Under the pieces are notes generated by a model. It worked only from the letters and a program-made list of their open reading frames with translations. It had not been told where the DNA came from and did no database searches. Below, piece after piece: positions 1 to 8,262 of a stretch of DNA of 56,680 bases (within the stretch, counting starts at the first letter, position 1; each line of letters starts with the position of its first letter). The translations under genes were made by a program, and so were the position numbers. Origin of the DNA: a virus; IMG/VR virus record IMGVR_UViG_3300022930_000002, positions 1 to 56,680 of that record. One strand, given 5' to 3'.

Positions 1-127
1 TTTGATTTTAAATCCTTTCTGGGTGCCAGAATCATCCATTTTAAATACCGCCTCACCTTCCAATCCATTCTCCAACTGCATATCTATTGCCAGATAAGAA
101 AGTATCCTAATAGTTTCTGTATGCTTA
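1..127. repeat. Terminal direct repeat, identical to 56554-56680 (assembly overlap of a circular or circularly permuted genome)
   Basis: TTTGATTTTAAATCCTTTCTGGGTGCC...TTTCTGTATGCTTA read at both ends of the window. Confidence 0.95.
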
Positions 128-237
128 CTTAATCGTTCGTTTTTCTCACCTCGGATTAGTTTTCTATCTAACATGAAAGTTGCTTCATTACTACAAGCCC
201 ATCCAACATTAAAATCTATGATTACACTACCTTGCAT
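1..237 (-). CDS. 5' part of a wrap-around ORF (114 aa when joined to 56446-56553); neck/tail-completion position
   Basis: ATG at 237-235 overlaps stop of ORF 237-653 (TAATG). The frame runs off the left edge and continues through the terminal repeat into ORF 56446-56634. Confidence 0.7.
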   Translation of the reverse strand, partial: MQGSVIIDFNVGWACSNEATFMLDRKLIRGEKNERLSKHTETIRILSYLAIDMQLENGLEGEAVFKMDDSGTQKGFKIK

Positions 238-653
238 TAGTCAACGTTATTTACCCAATATTGAAATGTTAAAACTCTACGTTCTATACTTTGTGAAGAA
301 GTCTCAGCATCTAAATCTCTACTATCTATCAATCGGACTTCTTTATTGATGAATCCTGGAATTGCTATTTCAGCTAAGACAATTTCATTTATCTGTTCTT
401 CCAGATCATCAACAATTTCAGGTTTAGAATATCCGGGCTCCAAAATAGATATAATGTCAATTACGATAGTACACAACCATTCAAAACCATCCTTATCTTC
501 AGCAGTAGTATTCTTACTCTGAGATGTGATGAGGACATATTTTTTAGGAATAGGTTTTGTGTCTTTAGGTACTTTCTTAGCCCAAACAGAAGCTCCAATT
601 CCGGCCAGTGCCGTTATGTGTGCTGTTCTTATGTATTTATTTGGATTTTTCAC
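237..653 (-). CDS. hypothetical structural protein (neck / tail-terminator position), GTG start
   Basis: ORF track; no internal Met; translationally coupled to downstream gene; sits between head-completion genes and tail tube gene. Confidence 0.65.
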   Translation of the reverse strand: MKNPNKYIRTAHITALAGIGASVWAKKVPKDTKPIPKKYVLITSQSKNTTAEDKDGFEWLCTIVIDIISILEPGYSKPEIVDDLEEQINEIVLAEIAIPGFINKEVRLIDSRDLDAETSSQSIERRVLTFQYWVNNVD

Positions 654-672
654 AGAACAAATATAATCTTTT

Positions 673-978
673 CTATACTAAACAAGCTATTCTGGATAAT
701 AATTGCTTCGTACCGTCAGACTGAAAAGGAGTGGACAAAGATACAACTATCTTTTTTTCTTCTATAGATCGCAGACAAACCTTACAATTCATTGCTTTGC
801 CAACTTCATATTTTATTACACAATCCAATATATCATTCACCTGCGGTAGTTCTCCGGAGGCATAATAATTTTTGGCTACAAATACCGTTTGTCGTTTCAC
901 ATCTCCTTTAAAATCCATATCGACATGGTTTGAACATACGAAACTATCTGAAGAAAGAAGGAATATACCGGTGATCAT
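673..978 (-). CDS. hypothetical protein with signal/lipoprotein-like N-terminus (moron-like)
   Basis: MITGIFLLSSDSFVC hydrophobic leader ending in Cys; ORF track. Confidence 0.55.
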   Translation of the reverse strand: MITGIFLLSSDSFVCSNHVDMDFKGDVKRQTVFVAKNYYASGELPQVNDILDCVIKYEVGKAMNCKVCLRSIEEKKIVVSLSTPFQSDGTKQLLSRIACLV

Positions 979-1002
979 AAAAATAAAAGTATAAAAATAA
1001 TT

Positions 1003-1033
1003 TTGTTTTTTAAAATAAGAGTTTGTATGTTTG
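1003..1033 (+). promoter_or_regulatory. Bacteroidota-type promoter (TTG-N20-TATGTTTG) ahead of leader ORF and tRNA cluster
   Basis: TTG at 1003-1005 and TATGTTTG at 1026-1033 match the -33 TTG / -7 TAnnTTTG consensus. Confidence 0.55.
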
Positions 1034-1058
1034 TGGTCCCGAACAACGGGTAATTATT

Positions 1059-1127
1059 ATGAAAAATTTAAACCTACATCGCCAACCGCAACTTCTTGAT
1101 TATAGTCGAGGTGGTACTGGTATGTAA
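1059..1127 (+). CDS. 22-codon leader-like ORF MKNLNLHRQPQLLDYSRGGTGM with 8 consecutive CNN codons
   Basis: Hand translation: ATG AAA AAT TTA AAC CTA CAT CGC CAA CCG CAA CTT CTT GAT TAT AGT CGA GGT GGT ACT GGT ATG TAA. Confidence 0.45.
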   Translation: MKNLNLHRQPQLLDYSRGGTGM

Positions 1128-1150
1128 AATTAAAATACAAAATACTTGAA

Positions 1151-1183
1151 CCCGCTTAGACTAAAAATCTAAGCGGGTTTTTT
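1151..1183 (+). terminator. intrinsic terminator between leader ORF and tRNA cluster
   Basis: CCCGCTTAG-N9-CTAAGCGGG hairpin followed by TTTTTT. Confidence 0.7.
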
Positions 1184-1190
1184 GTTATAT

Positions 1191-1265
1191 CGGGTTGCGA
1201 TCCATGTGGTGTGGTTACCCGCCTTGGAAGCGGGATTATTGCAGGTTCAACTCCTGTCAGCCCGA
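1191..1265 (+). tRNA. tRNA-Pro (anticodon UGG)
   Basis: Hand-folded cloverleaf. Acceptor CGGGTTG/CAGCCCG, anticodon stem CCCGC/GCGGG, loop CTTGGAA, T arm GCAGG-TTCAACT-CCTGT. A37; C at position 8 is atypical. Confidence 0.7.
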
Positions 1266-1331
1266 CGAGATAGAGACTGTTACCAATTCATAGGAGTGAA
1301 TGCGCTACGAAGCTTAGAATTGGATTTATAT

Positions 1332-1404
1332 TTTAGAGTAGTGTAGTTGGTTAACACATCAGATTTTGACTCTGATAGCGCAAGTTCGATCCTTGTCTCT
1401 AAAA
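1332..1404 (+). tRNA. tRNA-Gln (anticodon UUG)
   Basis: Acceptor TTTAGAG/CTCTAAA, D stem GTGT/ACAC, anticodon stem TCAGA/TCTGA, loop TTTTGAC, T loop TTCGATC. Confidence 0.8.
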
Positions 1405-1405
1405 C

Positions 1406-1478
1406 GGTGATTCTGTCCGTAATGTAACGGAGTCGGTCTGTGAAACCGATTATGAGGGTTCAAGTCCCTCGTTTCACA
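1406..1478 (+). tRNA. tRNA-His (anticodon GUG) with extra 5' G(-1)
   Basis: D stem TCCG/CGGA, anticodon stem TCGGT/ACCGA, loop CTGTGAA, T arm GAGGG-TTCAAGT-CCCTC. Acceptor GTGATTC/GTTTCAC has two U-U mismatches. Confidence 0.6.
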
Positions 1479-1483
1479 CTAAT

Positions 1484-1555
1484 ATTTCTGTAGGTCAATG
1501 GATAGACTGCGGGGCTACGAACCTCGATATGAGGGTTCGAATCCTTCCAGAAATA
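1484..1555 (+). tRNA. tRNA-Arg (anticodon ACG)
   Basis: Acceptor ATTTCTG/CAGAAAT, anticodon stem CGGGG/CCTCG, loop CTACGAA, T loop TTCGAAT. Confidence 0.8.
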
Positions 1556-1561
1556 CAAAAT

Positions 1562-1635
1562 GCCGGAGTGATGCAACTGGGAGACATTTCTGTCTTAGAA
1601 ACAGAATTTTGTGAGTTCGAATCTCACCTCCGGTA
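1562..1635 (+). tRNA. tRNA with anticodon UAG (CUN decoder, Leu-like) but short 5-nt variable loop
   Basis: Acceptor GCCGGAG/CTCCGGT, anticodon stem TCTGT/ACAGA, loop CTTAGAA, variable ATTTT, T arm GTGAG-TTCGAAT-CTCAC, A73. 74 nt in total. Confidence 0.65.
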
Positions 1636-1636
1636 C

Positions 1637-2056
1637 TTATTTATTAAAATCATTTGAAACCTTTTGGAGTTCTTCTTCAATATTAGGAATCAAAGAAGCC
1701 TGGTGTTTAAATAAAGCAGGAAACAAAAAGGGTCTGGGACCGGTATGCCCTTTTCCATTGACAAAAAATTCCCTCGTGTATGCTTCGTATCCTGGAGGAG
1801 CCTGCGTTAACGGTCCAGTTCCAAACTCCTGATATGGGGCATATTTTGCACTGGCAAACACATACGTTACTCCTGGCTTCTGCTCAGTGCCGATTGATCC
1901 GGCAAGTAATCCTTGATCTCGCGGTACATTTGCTTTGGCATCGGCTTCAATCAATTTAGCTGTCTTAAGGATACCGCGATCTACAGCAGCTTCACTATGT
2001 TTACGCAAATCCTTAAGTGCTCTTTTCACTTGATTGAGTCCTTTAATCTTAGCCAT
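1637..2056 (-). CDS. HK97 gp10-like neck/tail component
   Basis: MAKIKGL..VKRALKDL start and KYAPYQEFGTG motif typical of the HK97 gp10 family; position after head-closure gene. Confidence 0.75.
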   Translation of the reverse strand: MAKIKGLNQVKRALKDLRKHSEAAVDRGILKTAKLIEADAKANVPRDQGLLAGSIGTEQKPGVTYVFASAKYAPYQEFGTGPLTQAPPGYEAYTREFFVNGKGHTGPRPFLFPALFKHQASLIPNIEEELQKVSNDFNK

Positions 2057-2735
2057 TGCTGAGTTTTATAATATGAGTAGTACTTGCACTATAAGGTATA
2101 GCAACTTGCATTTGGTAGAATTTATAAAGGTTATCCCCAACTAGCACTTCGGTCATTAAATATTCACTGGTAACATCTTCTTCAGAATCCTCGTCGATCA
2201 CACTTACCAAACTAGTTTGAACAGGGATGGCAATTGCAAAATTAGTTTTTCCAGTTACCGGAAGAATAATATCTTCAGTTGTAAAAGCTAAAGGTGTCAA
2301 AGTTATAGGGTCAGTAATTATTTGGTTTGAAGTGCCTACATAAATGACATTTGGAACTACAACCGTGTCGGGTTTTTCATGCTTTATGCACAATAATTTG
2401 ACATAATGTGGGATATTATCAACATAATCGATTGCTCGTAATACATACCAGATATCGTCGCAAACCAGATTCATATCCTTCTCCGGTTGAAAAGTTTTAC
2501 TGTATCGCATTATGAAAAACTTATCATCATTCAAAATACTTGCTCCGGCATTAATCTCTAGCTGATTACCATCGCGTACATCGAGCATAATTGCTTTGCA
2601 CGTATAAACGTGCACCAAACTCAGATCACTTCCTCCTGAGCTATCCGGAGTAGAAATTTGCTTATGAAAAGTTACTGTAGACCTAAATCTTCCAGGATCA
2701 TAATTCGACTTGTTATTAAAAGGTCTCTTATTCAT
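2049..2735 (-). CDS. head-tail adaptor / head closure protein with C-terminal extension
   Basis: N-terminal R..STVTF...DSSGG....FFIMRY pattern of the phage head-tail joining family; overlaps neighbours. Confidence 0.65.
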   Translation of the reverse strand: MNKRPFNNKSNYDPGRFRSTVTFHKQISTPDSSGGSDLSLVHVYTCKAIMLDVRDGNQLEINAGASILNDDKFFIMRYSKTFQPEKDMNLVCDDIWYVLRAIDYVDNIPHYVKLLCIKHEKPDTVVVPNVIYVGTSNQIITDPITLTPLAFTTEDIILPVTGKTNFAIAIPVQTSLVSVIDEDSEEDVTSEYLMTEVLVGDNLYKFYQMQVAIPYSASTTHIIKLSNG

Positions 2736-3193
2736 TATACAAGGTTTCTTCTATACTTGTTAATCATCACCTGAAAATCCTGCGGTAAAGAAGCAGTGTA
2801 GATGTCTCTATTTTCATAAAGGTAAGTCAGCATTTTATAGGCAACTTCAACTAGCATTCCTGGAATATCTTCTAGGTTTTCATAGCCAAGAGTCATCTTT
2901 ACATATGACCCTATTGGGGCATCAATGTAGGTATTAAAAACACCTTGACGAGTTTTATATGATACTGCTTGATCCTCAGAATTTTGAACAGAAACAATTT
3001 TCATTGGAAAGAATTTCAGGCCGTATCCATAACATGGTATTTGAACTGTTTTTTCCTTTTCGACTAAAGAATGGCCTGTGTATATTTCTACAAAATTGAT
3101 TGCACTTTCAATCAGCCGTTTCAGATCAGATGTGTCTGGGGCCGATAACCAGTTTTTTGCCTGATCTACAGTGATGATGTCTATTGCTTCCAT
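2735..3193 (-). CDS. head-tail connector (gp6-like)
   Basis: TVDQAKNWL...LKRLIESAINFVEIYTG pattern typical of gp6-like connectors; follows capsid gene. Confidence 0.7.
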   Translation of the reverse strand: MEAIDIITVDQAKNWLSAPDTSDLKRLIESAINFVEIYTGHSLVEKEKTVQIPCYGYGLKFFPMKIVSVQNSEDQAVSYKTRQGVFNTYIDAPIGSYVKMTLGYENLEDIPGMLVEVAYKMLTYLYENRDIYTASLPQDFQVMINKYRRNLV

Positions 3194-3222
3194 AAAGATA
3201 AAGGTATATAAAAATTTTTACA

Positions 3223-3253
3223 AAAATAAAAAACCCCGATTCACATCGAGGTT
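3223..3253 (-). terminator. intrinsic terminator after capsid gene
   Basis: Minus strand AACCTCGAT-GTGA-ATCGGGGTT hairpin followed by a T-rich run. Confidence 0.65.
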
Positions 3254-3277
3254 TTAAACAATAAAGACAAACTATTA

Positions 3278-4567
3278 CTATGAAGTACCGTTCAAGTCAA
3301 ACTTAACAAAGCTTTCAGGGAAGAAGCAAGCAAGTGCTACTCGCGCCTCGATGAGCAAAGTTGTAAGATTATAGGTAAAATTTTTGTCATGTTCGTTCGA
3401 AGTACGAATTGTCATCGCTTTCTTCTGGAACAAACGTGCCCCCCTACGGAAATCACCAGTGATACCTTCGCCTGGGTAGAAGATAGAGTGTTGGTAGATT
3501 GGCACCCCACCTAGCAATAACGTTCCACCAACGGTAGAAGTGATTGGGTAAGTGTACTCCAAAGTTGTACCTTTGTTGATCAATAACTCCATATAATCTT
3601 CAGGAGATACGAAAATCGCATCGGTTGCACGAAGATTTCTACGCACCTGGCATAGACCGGCTGCCAATTTATCCCAGTTGTTTGAGATATCAGTTACCGA
3701 ACCTTTTGGAAGCATCAAGTCACGTGCCCATACAGACATTAAACCTGACAACTCATCCGGAGTTGCAGCAGCTCCTAAACCTTTGAATACCTGACGAGTT
3801 TCCTCATCCATGTATGCTTTAGGCAATTCTTCAGCTAAGAAGTCACGAGCACCTACAACATCCTCTAAAAATTCGTCCTGAACTGTTAACCAACCTGCGA
3901 TTTTAATAACTGGTGCCGATACTGGCTCAGAGTTATAATCGATTTGTGGTTTCTCAGTTCCCGCATCTACTGATCCGATTGAACCTTCTTTTTTTGTGAA
4001 CTGCACATACTTGATCATGTCTGAAGAAGTAGGACTTACAGGGATGATATTACGGGCTTGAACTACCTCATGCTCGATTCCTACTGGAGAAACAAATTGA
4101 GGGTTAACTGTGCCTGCTGTAACACCCATAACGCCAACAGCTTTTACGTTAACATTCGCTAGTTCTGCTTTGAAGGTAGCTTTATTCTGAGTAAAGTTTT
4201 CCAACATAGTTTCACCTTCTTTTGTAGAGAAGAAGTCAAAGATTTCACCTTGCAACGTTTTAAGGGTCGCGCCAGTTTCATTTGCTTTAATCCTTTTCAT
4301 CTCAGCCAAAGCTTCTTCTACTTGCTCGTCGCGAGTTTTCAATTGAAGTTCAAAAGCAGCCTTTTGAGCATCCAAAAGTTTCTGAAATTCTTCAGCGGTT
4401 TCTTTTTTTGCAGCTTCTACCGCTTTAGCAGCAGCTTTTTCACCTGCTTCAGCCCCGATACGCTCGGCTTCTGATTTTTCAAAGTCTCTTTTTTTATCAA
4501 GATACTTTTCTTGTTCGTAATCACTCATTGCTGCAACCTCAGCAGGAGATTTATAAGTAAATGTCAT
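3278..4567 (-). CDS. major capsid protein, HK97 fold, with N-terminal coiled-coil delta domain
   Basis: 429 aa; Glu/Lys/Ala-rich helical first ~100 aa; directly downstream of the prohead protease. Confidence 0.85.
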   Translation of the reverse strand: MTFTYKSPAEVAAMSDYEQEKYLDKKRDFEKSEAERIGAEAGEKAAAKAVEAAKKETAEEFQKLLDAQKAAFELQLKTRDEQVEEALAEMKRIKANETGATLKTLQGEIFDFFSTKEGETMLENFTQNKATFKAELANVNVKAVGVMGVTAGTVNPQFVSPVGIEHEVVQARNIIPVSPTSSDMIKYVQFTKKEGSIGSVDAGTEKPQIDYNSEPVSAPVIKIAGWLTVQDEFLEDVVGARDFLAEELPKAYMDEETRQVFKGLGAAATPDELSGLMSVWARDLMLPKGSVTDISNNWDKLAAGLCQVRRNLRATDAIFVSPEDYMELLINKGTTLEYTYPITSTVGGTLLLGGVPIYQHSIFYPGEGITGDFRRGARLFQKKAMTIRTSNEHDKNFTYNLTTLLIEARVALACFFPESFVKFDLNGTS

Positions 4568-4573
4568 AATGTT

Positions 4574-5428
4574 TTACATTAAGTGGTTAATTATTAAACT
4601 TTTCTTTTTAGCTAAACTGTCTGCTGACGGGTCTTGCGTTTGGGTTATTACTTGACTGCCTTTTAGCGGGTCATTTTTATCTTCTACACTTGTTAATACA
4701 GGTGTTACATCATTTGATCCATAAAGAACCGCAGAACCTTCTTTCCAGATGGCTGCTTCAAGTACTGCCCAGAAATATCCGGCTTCCTCAGCATCTTCTT
4801 TATTAGCTACATTGCTGTAATACTGTAACCAGTTTGAGTATTCTTCTTTATAATATGGTGATTGATCGTTTATACAAAGTTTCATGCGGATATATCTCAT
4901 CCGGATAGAATTTTGTAAAGCTCTCTTAGCCATAATAGCTTTAATCGCTTCGGCATTACCATCTTCAGTTAATTTAACTTTAAATATTAATGCCTGAGTA
5001 GTTCCAGTATAATCACGACCTAATTCTGTCCAGTTCATGGTTTTAACCATTGGCTCAACATCTTCAGGATAAGCAATTACTTTCCCAATCTCCAAATCAT
5101 GATTTATAATATAATAAATCTTATTTTTCTGATCACTCACTGACACATTCCATATGTCATCGATATGCACATCTCCGTGACTGTCTAAGTAATTTGTAGT
5201 ATTAATAACGGGAAACACGTAATCCCCCATTTTAATTTCTACCTCACTTGTATCACCTTCAGCTTTTTCAGTGTTAGACTTAACGGCCATAACACGCATA
5301 TCTAACCAATCTGTAAATTTAATTACACTCTTTTTGCTGTCAATAATAAGGTTCTTGTTAGCCTTCAATGCTTTATACATTTCAGACTTGTTACGGAAAT
5401 CCTTTTTTAAATCTTTGCAGAAGATCAT
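4574..5428 (-). CDS. prohead serine protease (HK97 / S78 type)
   Basis: LDSHGDVH and INHD motifs; gene order protease then capsid. Confidence 0.75.
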   Translation of the reverse strand: MIFCKDLKKDFRNKSEMYKALKANKNLIIDSKKSVIKFTDWLDMRVMAVKSNTEKAEGDTSEVEIKMGDYVFPVINTTNYLDSHGDVHIDDIWNVSVSDQKNKIYYIINHDLEIGKVIAYPEDVEPMVKTMNWTELGRDYTGTTQALIFKVKLTEDGNAEAIKAIMAKRALQNSIRMRYIRMKLCINDQSPYYKEEYSNWLQYYSNVANKEDAEEAGYFWAVLEAAIWKEGSAVLYGSNDVTPVLTSVEDKNDPLKGSQVITQTQDPSADSLAKKKSLIINHLM

Positions 5429-5431
5429 GCG

Positions 5432-5566
5432 TTATTTTTTAACTGGTTTATCGATGCCATTCAGTTTTTTGTCAATAGAGGCTTTAATTTCAGGACTAAA
5501 CTGTTTCTTACCAAGATCAGTTAGTTCCTTTTTAGTAGCCTCCGATTTACTTTTGTCTGAGTTCAT
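5432..5566 (-). CDS. small basic protein (44 aa), trimmed from ORF 5432-5764
   Basis: Internal ATG at 5566 (MNSDKSKSEATKK...). The longer ORF would run antisense through the plus-strand RHH gene and both promoters. Confidence 0.45.
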   Translation of the reverse strand: MNSDKSKSEATKKELTDLGKKQFSPEIKASIDKKLNGIDKPVKK

Positions 5567-5647
5567 AGGTGTAAAAATAGAGCAATTAAAAACAAAAAAA
5601 TTATTTGCTATTGTATCCGAGATTCTAAATGTGTTACTTTGTGTTAT

Positions 5648-5800
5648 ATGAAAGGAAATAAAATCCAGGTAACACTTCCTGATGCCAGTGTCGAAAAGTT
5701 TGATGCTCAGGCAAAAAAGCAAGGTAGGTCCTATTCTAATCTTGCCAAAAAATATATAATTCAAGGTTTAATTAAAGACGAAGAAAAGGAGAAAAAATAA
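5648..5800 (+). CDS. ribbon-helix-helix (CopG/Arc-like) DNA-binding protein, 50 aa
   Basis: Hand translation MKGNKIQVTLPDASVEKFDAQAKKQGRSYSNLAKKYIIQGLIKDEEKEKK has a beta-strand then two-helix pattern; its stop overlaps the next ATG. Confidence 0.65.
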   Translation: MKGNKIQVTLPDASVEKFDAQAKKQGRSYSNLAKKYIIQGLIKDEEKEKK

Positions 5801-6039
5801 TGGGAATGTTTGATACAGTGATTTTTAAATGTAAAAATGAAGATTGTACCGGAATATTACAGGCTCAATCTAAATCAGGTAAATGTGATCTTTATACTTT
5901 TAATAGAAAAGAAGTTCCATTAGCTGTTTCTGCCGATCTTATTGATAGTTGTATTACTTGCTCGGCTTGCAATACTAAATATTTCATAAGAAGTAAAGTA
6001 CAAACTGTAGAACTTAAACTAGTAAGATATGCAGAGTAG
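5800..6039 (+). CDS. small zinc-ribbon protein
   Basis: CKNEDC ... CSAC cysteine pairs; coupled to flanking genes. Confidence 0.6.
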   Translation: MGMFDTVIFKCKNEDCTGILQAQSKSGKCDLYTFNRKEVPLAVSADLIDSCITCSACNTKYFIRSKVQTVELKLVRYAE

Positions 6040-7384
6040 AATTAAAATTGCAATTACTACTCATAACAGATATGAAGTATTTAAAAAATCCTTTGAGATG
6101 TGGAATAAGTTTCTACCCAAAGGAGCTGAGATCATCGTAGTTGACGATGGGTCTAGCGAACCAGTTGCCGAAGCTAATTTCAGATTTGCTGAAGCTCAGG
6201 GGATATCTGTAGCTAAGAATAAATGTTTTGAATTAATGGGTGAAGCAGATTTCTATTTTTTAGTAGATGATGATGTTTACCCAATTACTAAAAACTGGTT
6301 TAAGCCATATGTAGAATCTGGAATAAATCATTTATGCCTGGGTTTCGATACTTTTTCAAATGGCAATAAAAACGGCCATACTTTAGTCAAGTCTGATAAG
6401 CATTTCAATTACTGGAAAGAGCCTTGCGGTCTGATGATGATGTTCACGCCAATTTGCCTGGAAAAGGCCGGAGGGATGGATACTAGATATAAATTGTGGG
6501 GTGGTGAACACCAACAACTGAGTCAACGAATACACAATCTAGGTTTAACACCATATCCCTTTATGGATGTTAAAGAAGGCCTTAAAATGTTTTATTGCTA
6601 TGATCAGGATCAATCATCTCCCAGAAGTGTTGATGCCAATACAAGACGTAGGGCATGGTCTCAAAACAGACAACTTTTAATCAGAGATGTAACCAGTCAA
6701 TCTTATATTCCTTTTAAACCTCTGGAAGATGTTTACATTACAACTCTTTTTAATCACATCGTGGACCCGCAGCGAGGGGAAAAGTGGAATGCTGATGAAA
6801 GTGTTTTAGATGCCTTGGTCAACTCTTTAAAAGGAAAACCATTAATTGTCTTAACTGATTCTTTCGAAGGTAGTGATGGGAATACAACCTACATTACAGT
6901 AAAAACTACCTGCAACAATCCATATTGGCAAAGATGGCTTTCAATCAAAGAACATTTGGAATCTCATCGTTACAATAAAGTTTTTATCTGCGATGGCGCA
7001 GACGTAGTTTTAATGCGTGATCCTTTTCCACATCTACAGCCTGGTAAATTATATCTGGGTGATGAACAATCCCAGATCATAAGAAACCAGTGGATAATGC
7101 GTAATCATCCTGCTCAGGTCTACCAAAAAATGTATAGTATCGGTGCCACGTGGAGATTATTAAACGCAGGCTTATGTGGGGGGTATCAAGACATCGTTTT
7201 ACGTTTTGTAACTCTTATGGCTGCTCACTACACAGAGCATGGTAAAAACGACTACACAGATATGGCCGGCTTTAATTTCATTGCCTATCTTCATTTTAAA
7301 AATTCAATAGTAAACGGTAAACAAGTTAATAACGCTTTTAAATCTTACAAGGATAATGGTGTATGTTGGTTTTTACATAAGTAA
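6029..7384 (+). CDS. two-domain glycosyltransferase (N-terminal GT2-like GT-A fold)
   Basis: IAITTHNR..IIVVDDGSSEP..FLVDDDV motifs. The C-terminal half has a second nucleotide-sugar-transferase-like segment (FICDGADV). Confidence 0.7.
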   Translation: MQSRIKIAITTHNRYEVFKKSFEMWNKFLPKGAEIIVVDDGSSEPVAEANFRFAEAQGISVAKNKCFELMGEADFYFLVDDDVYPITKNWFKPYVESGINHLCLGFDTFSNGNKNGHTLVKSDKHFNYWKEPCGLMMMFTPICLEKAGGMDTRYKLWGGEHQQLSQRIHNLGLTPYPFMDVKEGLKMFYCYDQDQSSPRSVDANTRRRAWSQNRQLLIRDVTSQSYIPFKPLEDVYITTLFNHIVDPQRGEKWNADESVLDALVNSLKGKPLIVLTDSFEGSDGNTTYITVKTTCNNPYWQRWLSIKEHLESHRYNKVFICDGADVVLMRDPFPHLQPGKLYLGDEQSQIIRNQWIMRNHPAQVYQKMYSIGATWRLLNAGLCGGYQDIVLRFVTLMAAHYTEHGKNDYTDMAGFNFIAYLHFKNSIVNGKQVNNAFKSYKDNGVCWFLHK

Positions 7385-7386
7385 TC

Positions 7387-8023
7387 ATGGAACCTTTAGC
7401 TTACATTTATAAAATAACTAACCCAAAAAGGTAAAATTTATATTGGTAGAACTAATAATATTCGTATTAGAAAGTATAAATACAAAAATCTTAATTGCAA
7501 AACTCAGGTTAAACTTTATAACAGTATCAAAAAGTATGGGTGGAATCTTCATAAGTTTGAAATTATAGAGACTCTACTTGATTTAGATATAGTAAAAGAT
7601 CGAGAAATATTTTGGATTCAAGAACTGAAATCTAATTTTTGCAAATATCCAGAATTAGATAATTTAAATTTAACAGATGGGGGTGAAGGTATTCATGGTT
7701 ATAAGCATACTGAAGAATATAAAAACGTAATGAGTTTAAGACTTTCTAATGGGAAACACCATAGTATTGGTAGAAAACTAACTACAAATCAAAAAACTGA
7801 TATAAGTTTAGGTTTATTGAATTACTATAAAAACATTCCTAAAAAATCTAAACCGTTTAAAATATCTCAAATAAGGATTGTATTTAATACCTCATCTGGA
7901 ATTTATTATGAAGGAGTTCACGATGCCGTTAAATGCACTAATTTAGACTATCAAAAATTTTATAGAATGTTAATTGGTAAAATAAAAAATAAAACAGATT
8001 TTATACTTTGCAATAAAAATTAA
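7387..8023 (+). CDS. GIY-YIG homing endonuclease with NUMOD-like tail, interrupted by a +1 frame change at the A5 run 7425-7429
   Basis: MEPLAYIYKITNPK (frame 1) stops at 7432. Frame 2 continues GKIYIGRTNN...FWIQEL...GGEG into ORF 7730-8023. Confidence 0.75.
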
Positions 8024-8025
8024 TT

Positions 8026-8262
8026 ATGGAAAATTTAGTACCGAGATTACAATACAAAGTTGAACTTACTAGAGTTCACAACAAGAATACTGCGCCAGTT
8101 GGTAAAATATTTTTAGTAGTTCACGTTAAGCAACGCACAAAAAAAGGGTTCAACAATTATAAAAAATCATTTGCTGTTTTACTGGGTACTCCGGAGGACA
8201 GATTAAATGAAATGTCTCAATCCATGATCGATCAGATCAAAAAACAATTTTCTCTAACATAA
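8026..8262 (+). CDS. hypothetical protein
   Basis: ORF track; tightly packed between the HEG and the second glycosyltransferase. Confidence 0.6.
   Translation: MENLVPRLQYKVELTRVHNKNTAPVGKIFLVVHVKQRTKKGFNNYKKSFAVLLGTPEDRLNEMSQSMIDQIKKQFSLT

Noticed and set aside
1562-1635. tRNA(UAG) as an amber suppressor
   Set aside because: The anticodon reads 5'-UAG-3', which pairs with CUA (Leu), not with the UAG stop codon. A suppressor would need the anticodon CUA.
1611-1832. 73-aa plus-strand ORF
   Set aside because: It starts inside the tRNA(UAG) gene and runs antisense through the well-supported HK97 gp10-like gene.
5432-5764. Full-length 110-aa minus-strand ORF, and similar N-terminal extensions of ORFs 15680-16201, 17625-18176, 28276-28950, 19146-19721 and 41013-41621
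   Set aside because: The extensions run through promoter motifs, terminators or oppositely oriented genes, or begin at TTG/GTG when a well-placed ATG follows. The starts were trimmed accordingly.
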